A DNA stretch of 64,000 bases from Octopus vulgaris (taxonomy: Eukaryota): contig OX597829.1 of the NCBI GenBank assembly GCA_951406725.2, forward strand, positions 31,248,001 through 31,312,000. Reading direction: 5' to 3'. The position numbers and the translations under genes are program-made. A model generated the notes under the pieces. That model did not search any database, was not told the DNA's origin, and saw only the letters and a list, made by a program, of their open reading frames with translations. Within the stretch, counting starts at the first letter, position 1. Each line of letters begins with the position of its first letter. Positions 1 through 12,415 of the stretch are shown piece by piece.

Positions 1-66
1 ATCGTCCAACCCATGCCAGCATGGAAAGCGGATGTTAAATGATGACAGTGATGATGATGATGATGA
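1..66 (+). mobile_element. 3' tail of an RTE-like LINE or LINE-tailed SINE
   Basis: CCAACCCATGCCAGCATGGAAAGCGGATGTTAAA followed by (GAT)n. The same tail recurs at ~1750-1797 and, inverted, at ~1816-1860 and 16421-16475. Confidence 0.75.
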
Positions 67-455
67 CTAAGCACAAGCATATCATTATCCATTCACATAC
101 ATTTCTCACCTACCACATCTCTATTCTCTCTAACACACTGCTTTGTAATTCTGAACACCTCATGCCTCTGATCCTTGTGCTGTAGAACATTAGCAAACTT
201 CTTACATTCTGCTATTCCTTTTGCTATGTAGACCTGTCGCCTAGCCTCCCTTCAGGCTCACTGGTATAATGCTTTGCTTACACTGTTTTCCCAGTCCTGT
301 CTCTTTGCTTTTATAACACTGTCCACCTTGTTTCACCACCAAGTCACCTTTGGCCTTTGCATCAGCCCTAGATTTGGTCAGCGTCACACAGTAAATTGTC
401 CTGCAGGAATTTCCAGTTGTCCTCGGAGCTATATGTCCCTTCCTTCTCCTCTGGG
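67..455 (-). mobile_element. Decayed RTE-clade LINE ORF fragment (region upstream of RT)
   Basis: Minus strand reads approximately RPKVTWWWN...IKAKRQ...REARRQVYIAKG...KKFANVL with stops and frameshifts. A related fragment lies at ~4090-4300. Confidence 0.6.
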
Positions 456-480
456 ACATATATATATATACATATATGAT

Positions 481-638
481 AGGTTCTTTAAGTTTCCATT
501 TACCAAATCCACCCACAAGGCTTTGATCAGCCCAAGGCCATAGTAGAAGATACTTGCCCAAGGTGCCATGCAGTAGGACTGAACCCAAAACCATGTGGCT
601 GGAAAGCAAACTTCTTATCACACAGCCACATCTGCACC
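481..638 (-). mobile_element. tRNA-derived SINE head with CORE-like motif
   Basis: Reverse complement has GTGGCTGTGTG..AAG (A-box-like), GGGTTCAGTCC (B-box-like) and ACCTTGGGCAAGT (CORE-like). Same family as 24945-25331. Confidence 0.8.
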
Positions 639-837
639 AATATATATATATATATATATATATATTTCAACACAAATGCTAAACAGTATATATAAAGGAT
701 AAAATCCTTTATATATACTGTTCAGTATTTACATGTTGAAAAAAATTTATCTTTCTATTCGTTCCAACGCTTCAAAAACAAACTTGTTTGTTTACATATG
801 ATATTATATATACATACATACATATATATATATATAT

Positions 838-1797
838 TGGATGTGTAATGTCAGTGTGTATACTTGACAAAGTGTAGGTACCTTGAGATAAATGTTGGAC
901 CTAAGAAGCATCAGATGTGGTGGGCAAGAGAGACAACTGCGCTGGTATGGTCATGTGGTGAGAATGGAGGAGGATGGCTGTGTGAAAAAGTGCCACACCC
1001 TAGTGGTTGAGGGAACCTGTGGAAGAGGTAGACCCAGGAAGACCTGGGATGAAGTGGTGAAGCACGACCTTCAAACATTAGTCCTCACTAGGGAAATGAC
1101 TAGCGACTGAGACTTTTGGAAATATGCTGTGCTTGAGAAGACCCGGCAAGCCAAATGAGACCATAACCTCGTGGCCTATGCCAGGGGTGTAACCTGCCCG
1201 CTTATGCGTACCATTTTCTTCCTTGAACACTAAACTCTGCTTGCGAAGACCTGTTGAGGCAAGTGAAATCAAAATCACATTTGATGACTGGCATCCATAC
1301 TAGCGGGGTGCAAAGAGCACCATACGAGCGTGATTGTTGACAGAGCGGTTAATCAGCTTCTGTGCCAGTGGCACATAAAAGGCACCATTCGAGTGTGATT
1401 GTTACCAGCGACGCCTTACTGACACTTGTGCCCATGCTAGTAGGGTGCCAAGAGCACCATCTGAGCATGATCATTGCCAGAGCAGCCGGTGGCATGTAAA
1501 AGGGCACCATTTAAGCGTGATCGTTACCAACGTCGCCTTACTGGCACCTGTGCTGGTGGCATTTGTAAAAAGATTCGAGCGAGGTCGTTGCCAGTACCAC
1601 CTGACTGGCCCCTGTGCCAGTGGCACGTAAAAAGCACCCACTACACTGTCGGGGTGGTTGGCATTAGAAAGGGCATCAAGCTCTAGAATCTCTGCCAAAT
1701 CAAGATTGGAGCCTGGTTCAGCCATCTGGTTCGCCAGCCCTCAATCAAAATCGTCCAACCCATGCTAGCATGGAAAGCGGATGTTAAACGATGATGA
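838..1797 (+). mobile_element. 5'-truncated RTE-like LINE: ORF C-terminus plus 3' UTR with internal tandem repeats
   Basis: ORF 892-1110 LRWYGHVVRMEE...GRGRPRKTW is a typical RTE C-terminus. Imperfect GCCAGTGGCACGTAAAA..GCACC repeats at ~1300-1640, ending in the (GAT)n tail. Confidence 0.85.
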
Positions 1798-1815
1798 TAT
1801 ATATATATATATATA

Positions 1816-3250
1816 ATCATCATCATCATTCAACATCCATTTTCCATGCTGACATGGTTTGACAGGAACTGGTAAGGCCAGAGGTTGTACTAGGCTCCAT
1901 TGTTTGTTCTGGCATGGTTCCTTTGGCTGGATGTTCCTCCTAATGCCAACCACTTCACAGAGTGTTTACTGGGTGTTTTTTTATATGACACCAGTATGAG
2001 TGCTTTTAACACGAAACAATCACTAGTGCTCTTTAAGTGGTACCAGCACCAGAATCAATTTCCCTTTTTTCTTGGACAGCTCATTTTGAAAACAGCAGGG
2101 CTCCAGACATCTTAGTCCTTTGTTATCTCCTTCACAAGGCTCAGTGTCTTGAGATTGGCCTTCATTACTTTATCCCATGTCTTCCCCTTCCATAAGTTCC
2201 ATCCACTTTAAGTGATTGACACTTCGGTATACAACTGCCCTCATCCAAACACATCACATGACCAAACCAGTGCAGTCTTCTCTCTTGCACACTGCAGCTA
2301 TTTTCTCTTAAGCCTAACTTTTCCCTCAATGCATTTTGATTTTGTTGCGCATGTACACTGATGTTGCACATCAAGCAGAGCATACTAGCTTCATTCCTCT
2401 CTAGTCTTCACATTTCCTCTGCATTTAAGCCCCCATATCTCACCACCATATAGAATTGCTGTTCGTAAACATGCACCATACAACCTTCCATTAACTCAGA
2501 GATCGAGAAATTTGGTTGCCAACAGAGGCAAAAGCATTTTGAATTTTCTCTATCCTATTCTTATTCTAGCGATTATGCTTTCTGTACATCCTCCCCCACT
2601 ACTAATTAGGTCACCTAGGTAGCAGAAATTATCCACTACCTATAAAGAACTTCCGCAACATTTAAGAAAATCAATTTCCCAAGTAGTTCTTATGGCTCCT
2701 GTGCATCATCCACATACAAACACTACACTCTCTGATAACCTTATTATTCTATTGCACCTCTTGTGTGTCCATAACTTGCACTGGGTACACCAAATGGAAT
2801 TGTTGCCTACACCTTTCCTGCATATCAAGCTGAGCCATTTATCTAATGAGGGAAGGGTCCTGTCCATTTTCTTGCTTACTAGACCCCTAGTCTTTGCTAA
2901 GTTAACCTTAAGGTCCTTTGATTCCAAGTTTTACTTCCACATCTGGAATTTTTATTTCTAGTTCTGTTATAGAATCAACCATGAGAGCTAGATCATCAGC
3001 ATATAGCAGTTCCTGGGGGAAGCCAGTCTTGAATATTTCTGTTATGTCCTGGAGGACGATGATGAATAGGAGGGGACTGAGAACCAAACCCTGATGAATG
3101 CCTACATGCACACTAAATTCATACCTATACTCATGGTTAACTCTCACCTTACCAACAGAATCTATTCTACATGACCTGTACAGCTTTCAAAAGCTACTCA
3201 TCTGCCCCTAGCTTCCTCAGAGCCTACCATATCACACAGTGGGGTACACA
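1816..3250 (-). mobile_element. Decayed RTE-like LINE containing the reverse transcriptase domain
   Basis: Fragmented ORFs: GIHQGLVLSPLLF and ELLYADDLAL (RT motifs, 2908-3147), LKVNLAKT..CRKGVGNNSIWCTQC (2706-2927), RLHWFGHV..GRGR (2165-2383). The 3' tail is at 1816-1860. Confidence 0.9.
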
Positions 3251-3879
3251 CACAGTGTCATCAGCAGCTGCTTTCTATGCTGGTATGGGTTCGATGGTTT
3301 AACAGAATCTTGGATTGGAGGATAACTTTTTCCTCTAATGCCTCAGTTTTGGTATGCACTTTATGGCAGAATGCCTTTTCTAACACCAACCAGTTTGCAA
3401 TGCATTCTGTATAATTTTTCTTAGTAGCAGCATTACAAAGTTGTCTTGACAAGGGAAAGACTAGAACTTTCTCTTAATCCTGTGTTATCCCAGTTCGATT
3501 TAGCAATGACTTTACAGAATGTATTGAGTCTTTTGATGGCTCCTGTACTTCTGATGTCACCTTGCAACTAAAGAGAGAGCTCCTATGAATGAGAGAAAGA
3601 GAATAAAAGAGCAAGTGTTGAATTTAGGTGAGGTATTGAGAAGTTAAAGTATGACGGATGAGGGGGAGGAAAAGGTTTATTGCTGTCACACAGTTAGGGA
3701 GGAGAGTAATAGAAACATCGCTAGAGAAGGGGGGAAAGGGAAGGAGTAATGTCAGGAGTTAGCAAGAGTGATTCAGGAGATAATAGAGTGGGTTGAATAG
3801 AAAGAGATTCAGAGCTATTTTGCAGTGAATGTGGGTGGGGTGGGTAGGTGGAGTTAGGGGAGGCTCCCCCCCCCACCAG

Positions 3880-4367
3880 CCTTCACATTCTTAATTGTTG
3901 TATCTATTATACAACTGTCTGCTGGAATGGCCAGTCTTTTCCTTGGGTTTATGATGGGTAGACCTCTCCCACTGCCTTGCAATTTCCAGTCTGTTATAGC
4001 AGCACTTCCCATGCCTTTTTCATTTCAGAATTACTAAGTGCAAGTGTACCATTATTCATGTCTACATACATAATGTAGAATATTGACAAAGCTCCTATTT
4101 CTGGGTTTCCCCCTTGCTATGTATAACTGATGTCTAACTTCTCATAAAGTTTCTTTGCTCTTCCTCTTTTCATAACTCTTTCCAAGCCTATTTGCTTTGC
4201 TTTTATACCTCTGTTTTCATCACCACATCACCTTCAGTTTGTCTGGAACCTCACACTAGCTACAAGTTTGATCCGTAGCCTTCAGGTTTTCCTGTAGGAA
4301 CATCCAGTTGTCTTTCATGCTGTAAATTTCTACATCTCCCTCATTTTCTTAAATACTTCAGCTTGTA

Positions 4368-4400
<33 letters not shown>

Positions 4401-4455
4401 TTCTGGCTGTTTGATGGATCTTTGAACTTTCCTATCTTCTTTCTTCAAACTGACT
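3880..4455 (-). mobile_element. Further decayed RTE-like LINE fragment
   Basis: Similar to 67-455 (CACCACATCACCTTC versus CACCACCAAGTCACCTT; CCTTGCTATGTATAACTG versus TTTTGCTATGTAGACCTG). Boundaries are approximate. Confidence 0.5.
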
Positions 4456-4509
4456 TGTGTCCCTGAGTGTATCTAGTTCTAGATCTGAAATCACTAATTT
4501 TGTCACTAA

Positions 4510-4825
4510 CTATATGTATATATATGTGTGTGTGTGTGTATGCATATATGTATGTAGGTATATATATTTATATAAATATATATATATACATACATATACA
4601 CATACACACACACATATGTATACAGACAGACAGACATAAATATACACACACACACACATATATATATATTTACATACACACAAGCACACACACTCGCATA
4701 CACATATATAAATACAATATATACAAAAATATTTTACAAATATATTATGCATATACACCTATATAATATTTAGATTATACACCGTGTATATTATTTATAT
4801 ATTTTACATGTATGTACGTACACAC
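4510..4825. repeat. Compound (AT)/(GT)/(AC) microsatellite
   Basis: Directly visible. It explains the spurious Y/I/C/V/H/T-rich ORFs here, and many similar tracts occur throughout the window. Confidence 0.9.
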
Positions 4826-4878
4826 CCTCTTTTCTGATAGTTGTAGCTTAATATAAGTCACTTAGTTACATGCGGTCA

Positions 4879-4894
4879 TTTGTCACGTGACAAA
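4879..4894. promoter_or_regulatory. Perfect 16-bp palindrome TTTGTCACGTGACAAA (E-box, GTCACGTGAC)
   Basis: bHLH-ZIP (USF/MITF-TFE type) consensus ~3 kb upstream of the Nova ATG, in CpG-retaining DNA. A second CACGTG is at ~5000. Confidence 0.4.
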
Positions 4895-5699
4895 AAATGC
4901 TTTGCTTTTGGTGTTGTCGCTTGGTAATAATACAGATTGGTATATAGTCACCGACTGATCGACATCTCTCCGTCTAAGTTGATTTAGTTACAAACCGGCC
5001 ACGTGTCTGATACCATATGTATTCATACCACGGCTGCCACACCGAGCAATGGTTCAGTAAGCAGAATACTTTAACATGGTCGTGCAGTCAGCTGATCTTC
5101 CACCCATGTTCAGGGTTGGGGGAGGTAGAAAAAAACTGCTAAATGTTAAATGGGGTTCCTTTTAAGTCCATAAGTTTAAACGTAGACGATTTGTTGTGAC
5201 GCCTACTAGATGCTTGTTTTATCAAAAAGTTCTGTAAATGCTTAATTGTAAATTTAAGAGAAAAAAAGGAAAAAAAATGAACTCATGTGAGTGTTACTAT
5301 GCACCAGCATGTGCATAAGTATGTGCATGGGATGTCTATTTTATTTACTGCTAATTTGTTTTTAAGACTAACTTTCTAAAAGTATGCTTCTGTTTTGAAG
5401 AACGTTTATATACATGTATGTATGTATATATATAAATATATATATATATATACACATGTATATACACTTCGTATTTAATTTCAAATGATTGTTCTCTTAT
5501 ATAATCCACTAAAAAAAAAAATTAGGATATATAAACGGTAACATTTTTTTCCTTTAAAAACATTTTCTAAGAATACTTCATATTTCTGTTAATGCTATGC
5601 TATTGTTACATCTGTTTGCAGTTTTTAAGCATTTAAAAAAAAACATCCCTCATTCATCAGTTCACAATGTAATATCTATTGAACAAAAAAGAGAAAAGA

Positions 5700-5732
<33 letters not shown>

Positions 5733-7200
5733 TATATACATACATACACACACCTATATATTATTTTCTTACTTTCGTCGAACCATCATTACGTTGTTAT
5801 ATAAAACATTTTTATACTCTTGGATTGTTCTGTATATGTAGTAAAGGAAAATTCATAAATATATTAACTATGCTGTATCTATTTTCGTAGAGTTGTATAT
5901 AATTAAAAAAAAAGAAAAACATTATAACATGTATATAAAGAGCAAACTTATATTGAGTTTGTCAATATGTTTTTATAGAAGTCGTTTTGTGTCTTGTTAT
6001 TGTATTTTGCTCAATTCCTCATATTGATGTTTTATGCTCATTCAGAGTGTTGCATTTATCATTTTTCCTCTCTCTTTCTCTCGTTCTCTATAAATATTAA
6101 CAAATGGTAATAATCGATACTGCATTTATACGTGTCCATTCGACCCTTTTAACGCCCGTAAAGCATCCTATTTGCGTATTAAGAATTGCGCTATGATATT
6201 TGATAATTTTTGCAAGATATACTGCCTTAAGTATATGTTTAAAAACAAATAAATATTGTATTCCATATTAATGTTCTATGATATAATCCAGATTTAATTG
6301 AAATCGCTATAAGATTTGTCCTACGTGCTACGCAGCTTGGACCAGCTGATTTCTCTTTTCTTTCTTTTTTTTTTTTTCCTCGTCTAATGAAATATACATA
6401 ATGGTGCAGGGAAGGAATCATTCTGGATCACGTTATTCAGATGCGCAATATTTTAGTCTCATTTATAATGAAAAAAGTTATTTATAATTGTAAGACAATC
6501 GCTTAGGTATGAAATAAAATGTAGATTTCGATATAATGATCTTGTCTGTTGCTTCTAAGACCCATTCGTTTATGTGCATTTATCAAATGTATTAATTACT
6601 GGCAAAATGTAATAAAGATGAAAAGAAGAAAATCGTTCACCAGAAATTATACATATTATACATGAAACTGTGTATTATATATGTAGCAAAAAAAAAAATG
6701 TGCATTTTACGTTGTAATAATATTGTTGCATGTTCTTCGCACTTGAAAATTCATCAATCTGTGATAGGTGATTGAAACACGCTATAAGTGATTCATAAAA
6801 CACTAAAGGTTATCATCTATCATCCATGTAAGTAGTGTGCAAAAATATAACATGTCCGATTTGTATTATTTTTATAATAGTAGTAATTAGGTGTTCCTGA
6901 ATTTGTGTCAATTTATGCTTGTACTTCGAACTACAAACACACTCGCTCTTTTTTCTTTTCTTGTTTTCTCTTTCGCACTTTGTTCCCCTCCCCACCCTTC
7001 TCTTTCTTTGCTTTTCTTTTCCTTTTTTTTTTTTTACAAATACACTTGTGTTGTGTGTGCTTGTTGCTGTTTACATTAAATAATTGGGGGATGGGGGGAT
7101 ATGTCCGTAATTCTAGTTTTCTTAATAGGATTTTTGCAACGTGAATAAAATCAATGAAAGGAAAATTGCTGCTATCAATTGTGATTGTGCGTTGTGGTGC

Positions 7201-7237
<37 letters not shown>

Positions 7238-7340
7238 CGAGAAACAATTTGAGAGAGGGAAGAGAGAGAGAGAGACAGAATGGGAGAAGAGAGACCAAGA
7301 GTGAGGAAAGAGAGAGAGAGAGATGATAGATAGAGAGTAG
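7201..7340 (+). promoter_or_regulatory. (GA)n purine tract in the putative Nova promoter region
   Basis: Long GAGA repeat ~650-750 nt upstream of the start codon. The TSS itself cannot be fixed from sequence. Confidence 0.45.
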
Positions 7341-7735
7341 TTTAACAGTGGGAGTGATAGATGCAAATTATTTGCCAGTCTTCTTTCTACTGCCACTACA
7401 ACACACTACAGTTATAACAGACATTCTCTGGATATATTATGGAGAGAGAGAGAAGTTGTAGATGATATTGTTGCACTTTGTTTGCCAACAAGTCCTAACT
7501 GCTTAACTACATTATACAATAAGAAAACATACATACACGCACACATAGAGAAGCTCTGGAGATACACACATACATATATATATATATATAATAATAATAT
7601 ATATATATATATATACGTTTTTTTTTTTCATTTTCACCCTTTCTCTTACTCTCATGTTCACATTCAACTTGCTAACTTTCTAATATCGTCGACGGCTACT
7701 TGAACTACCTACCTAACCAGGCTGGCTCAGCCCTA

Positions 7736-7898
7736 TCACCATCGCCACCACCGCCATCATCATCATCATTATTGCTACAACAACCACCACCACCGCCGTC
7801 ATCATCATCATCATTCACCGTCTCACTCAGTCTCTCACTCACTCTTTCACTCACATACACACTCTCACTCTCTTTCATTACCTCTACTCTCATTCCAT
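7736..7898 (+). repeat. YCAY-dense (CCA)n/(TCA)n/TCAC array just upstream of the Nova start codon
   Basis: About 27 YCAY tetramers in ~165 nt by manual count. Confidence 0.8.
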
Positions 7899-7970
7899 TT
7901 TATAAGTGAACTATTCAATTAGTCTCGTGCTCGTGCCGTGGTACTCCGCGAGATCTGGGCTTAGCGAAAG

Positions 7971-8088
7971 ATGGCGATGAGTTTCGATGGCATGAATGGG
8001 TCAGATATGGACACATCCGACTCCCGAAAAAGACCCTCAGACGCCGAAAGTGATAGCGGGGTGACGAAGCGCTCAAACCAAGGCGGAG
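7971..8088 (+). CDS. Nova: Nova/pasilla RNA-binding protein, coding exon 1 (N-terminus with NLS-like motif)
   Basis: AAAGATGG start. Reads MAMSFDGMNGSDMDTSDSRKRPSDAESDSGVTKRSNQGG, matching the vertebrate NOVA1 DSRKRP...TKRTN motif. Donor GGAG|GTTAGA, phase 1, compatible with 41201. Confidence 0.9.
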
Positions 8089-9923
8089 GTTAGATACATT
8101 TTGAATATCCTTTTGTATTTTTTTTTTTTAACCATTTTATTTTCTCCATTTCTATGTCTTTTTGCCTTTTTCTTTTTTTTTTTTTTTTGCATCCTTCCGA
8201 AACGGCAATTTCTACTTCACTCATAATATCTCTCTCTCTCTTTCGGTCTCTCTCTACCTTCTACGTAATATATATATATATATATAATAAATATATATAT
8301 GTATATATATATATGTGTGTGTGTATATATGTATGTATTTATGTGTGTGTGCCTCTTCAATTAGCATTATTCCTTCGTTTCAACTTGGTTTTTTTTTTAA
8401 ATCTATGGGTTTTCTTTTATACGTTAGACTGGAAAACGCTATCGCTTGTCTTGTATCCCCCCTTTCATTCCGTTTCTTGCCTTTCTTTCTCTTCACCCCT
8501 CTCTCCATAGAACGTTCTCTATCAATCTATCCTCATTATAACACATTTTGGTATTCAAAGTAAATCGTTATTGCTTACAATAATGACCACTTGTCCAAAA
8601 GAAGTGAAACGAAGGAGAAAGAAGCAAGCTTCACTTCAACCGACATGCAAGAAATGGCAATGAAATCTTCCTCCTTATACTACTGCCTGAATTAGAATTA
8701 GTAAAAAAAAAAAAAAAGAGAGAGAAAAGTAGGGGGGGAGAACGTATTAGATAATGTAGTCCTAGTTACATCAGTACATAAATGATATATATACATACAC
8801 ACACACATAATGTTACACATGTATATTCTATATGAAATACGTACATTTTAAATATACTGAAAACTGCATTTATTGAGATTAAAATATTGAGGAGTATATA
8901 TACACACACACATTCTAAGCTCTTCACTGTCGCTATTCAGAGTTTCTTGCTAAACGTCCTTTCAGATGACGACTAATATTAACTCTTTTTTTTCCTATAC
9001 GAATTTTATGCTTTATTCCCTTCTGTATCTCTATGTGTTCTCTTTATATATATATGTATATATATAATATGTATATATATATATATATATACACACACAG
9101 TGTATTGGTGTGTACTCCCTCTATATAATGTTTGAGACGGGATGGTCATGGTCGGTAGATCTTTTGAAACACATTGAAAAGTCTTGATAGAGGAGGAGGA
9201 GGGGGTGTTAATTATGTGAGTCGGTGAGGGACTAGGCAACACCAACCACTTGTCCAAATAATTTGCGTTGTCATACAATACACACACGCATATATGTATG
9301 TATGTATGTGTGTGTCTATACATGTATAGATAGATAGATATGTATATATTATATACATATAAGATATATGTGTATATATATCGAGTAAAAGTCGGCATCG
9401 GTTGAGAGGAAACCAACGATTGTTGGCAATATGGCCGACGCCACCATCAGCTCCGACGACGTCGTTTACTGCTTTCACCAATGTTGTTGGCTGCTTAAAC
9501 ACTGCTGCTATATAAAACCTACTGCGTATAAGGCAGTATAAGATAGCAGCAAGGAGAATTTTAGTGTTTTTATTACTAATCATCTCCTTTCCTTTTTTTT
9601 TGTTTTATATATATATATTACATTATTTTTGATTTTGGTATATTTCCTACCTACCCTCTCTCTCTCTCTCTCTCACATGAATAATTACTCTTGACTTTGC
9701 AAAAAAAACACTCATTTTAACAATTTTATTTTTCTTACCCCCTTTTATTCACACCACCTTCCCCATTCTTTTTCACCATTGATATTGGAAATATCCCACT
9801 GGGTGTTTTTTTTTTCTCTATCGTTTTAGATTAGTTTCGTTCAGTGTTAATGAAAAATTAAGCTAACATAAAGTGACGCTATTAACACATTGACGTGTAT
9901 ATTATGTGAATATGCGTGTGTAC

Positions 9924-9967
<44 letters not shown>

Positions 9968-10340
9968 ATGTATGTATGTATGTATGACACTACTAGTACA
10001 TAAATGTAGATATACGATGTATATATTAATCACATCTATATGACAGTATTTAATACACAGTATGTGTGTATGTAATTCTGTGTGTACTTACGTATGTATA
10101 TCTAATATATATATATACACACACACACAATCTAGTGGAATATTGCTAATTTTGAGTGCGTACATCTATATATAATAATTTCGATTTTTGATTTATATAC
10201 ATACGCATGTAATTTTGATATGAAATTTTAATGTTTATTCAAAATGTTTGTCATAGGAATATTAAAATTTTATATAAAGTTAAAATTATGCATATAGGTA
10301 CATTTGTGCAATATTAATTCATATACGTATTACTATATAT

Positions 10341-10386
<46 letters not shown>

Positions 10387-11069
10387 TATATAAACATTTG
10401 TACAGTAAATGTTAAAGAATATTGGAATATCGAGAAAAAAAAAAGCGAAAAGAATATATCTAAATGTCCTGTTATAAGTTAATTTTTGTAAATTTTCATT
10501 ATGAAAGAAGTGTGGTTGTCCTTCTTGGTGTTCCGTACGGGACAGATAGAGATTAGTTTGTCATTCAAAAGTGTGTGTGTGTCATAGGATGGTTGTTGGA
10601 CCTTTTTGATAATTCTGACACAAGTAAAGCAATTCGTATTCTTGGCTGGATTATTTAAAACCATTTGTTCTATATTTAAGATTTTTTTTCCTTCTTTAAT
10701 ATCAATTAAATTTATATTTTCTGTGTGTATGTGTGAAATAAATCCTTCAGATATGTCGGTGAACTAGATGACTATGTTGTATGATCCTGAATTGACTTTT
10801 ATATAACTACAGTCAATAGTTAGAAACCTCTCCATCTTTGCATTTTTATATCGGCTTGTGTGCCCCTCCCACCTTTACTCCAATCCCTTCCGAGATGTAA
10901 TTGTTCATAGATCCACTCCACCCCCTAATTATTAAAGTTCTAAGCTATTAGTGCGTTCTGCCAATAAACCGAATACGTGCGCGCGCGCGTACGTGCACGT
11001 TCTCAATTCATTTTGAATAGTTCCTATAAATTAATTTCAGCTGTGAATTATAACGATCAAAAGAATAAA

Positions 11070-11102
<33 letters not shown>

Positions 11103-11979
11103 GCTTAATTTTTTTTAATGTAGAAGGATTTTCAAATACAAAATATGCTCAGGAAAACGAAGGTTTAAGATTTACTAAAGTCGACATTTTATCGAATTAT
11201 AAATGTACGATGAACATGTATCGTTTTAGAGCCGATATTTTATGGCAATCTTTAGAAGATGGTATTTCAGCGACATGCAAGAGAAGAAAAGAAGAAAAAA
11301 AAACCCTCATTCTGATATCTCGTTCTGAATATTACGTATGACAGGCAGAACTATATATAGCAATGAATTCGGAGTACGCGATTCAGACAGCCTGAAGGTG
11401 GGAGCCGACATCACTTCGCATTGCGCAAAAAAAAAAAAAAAAAAATGACTCGACTCGACCTACATACTTCCGTCTATAATATTGAAGACAACAACCTTTT
11501 CGATAGATGTGAGCTAGCAAGTTTTCCTGCATGGAGAGGTATTATCTTGCCTTCTTCGGAGTTAGGAAATTTGAGGTTTATAATTTTATTACATATAACA
11601 CTTAGTGATTTTAACGGGTTTCTCTTGATTATCCATCCTGTTTAGTGCTCGTTGGATTGGATGGATAGCTAAACAGATAGCTAGGTAGATAAATGATCGC
11701 AAATGTATGTAGGACTTGTGTGGCCACGTCGTAACAAGAGCAACACCCACTGACACAGCTAACGTGATGTCTAGCTATCACTTGTAGACATTTCTTTTGC
11801 TAATGCGGACACGTGTCAATTAATATCAAGTATTCTTTTTAATAATTTTGTATTATATTTAGATGTTGAGACAGTTTGCTCTCTACATTCTTTAAGTCGA
11901 ACTATATATATATATATATTTAACCGATTGGTATTGTATTGCTGCTTCGTCTGTTGATCATGTCAGAACAAGTATAACG

Positions 11980-12025
11980 ATGGCTACGTATGGCACATCT
12001 GATATATCTACACCCGAACTACCAG
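11980..12025 (+). CDS. Candidate alternative first coding exon of Nova (MATYGTSDISTPELP-G)
   Basis: ACGATGG start context and 46 nt to CAG|GTATCT, phase 1. It lies in a CpG-retaining, promoter-like region. No transcript evidence. Confidence 0.35.
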
Positions 12026-12378
12026 GTATCTGATATCTACCTCTCTACATCGCCCCTCCCTTATTTGTCTCATTATATATATATGTATATATATATATCT
12101 ATATATATATATATATAGGAGCAAATAGAAAATACTCATTTGTTACGTACTTCTTCGTCCTTTTCTATCCTCTGCCCTCAACCCCTTAGTGGTTTTGCGA
12201 CTGAACGTCGTTCTACCACTGTGTATGTGTGTTCGTCGTTTCTACATCCTTTTTGCAAAACTATGCGTCAGCCAGTTCTACGCATTCTGAGATAGTCATT
12301 TAACTGATTCGTGGGGTGGTTTCAATAGAAATCCTGCTAATACGACTGAAGATATCTTGTAATATATTAATACACTCA

Positions 12379-12415
<37 letters not shown>

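Noticed and set aside
1300-1640. Spaced imperfect repeats that superficially resemble a CRISPR array
   Set aside because: The context is eukaryotic, the units are degenerate with related spacers, and they lie inside a LINE 3' UTR.
4457-4766. Many Y/I/C/V/H/T-rich ORFs here and at 8.1-9.4, 12.3, 17.4, 37.6, 46.0-46.9, 49.9, 52.5, 53.5 and 57.0 kb
   Set aside because: They are translations of (AT)/(GT)/(AC) microsatellites, not genes.
7700-7909. Pro/Ser-rich ORF and its antisense Gly/Asp-rich ORF
   Set aside because: Both arise from trinucleotide repeats. The + ORF starts at TTG and stops before the real ATG.
11338-11403. ATG...CTGAAG|GTGGGA as another alternative first exon
   Set aside because: The ATG-led frame ends in phase 0, which is incompatible with the phase-1 acceptor of exon 2. 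The phase-1 frame has an upstream stop and no ATG.
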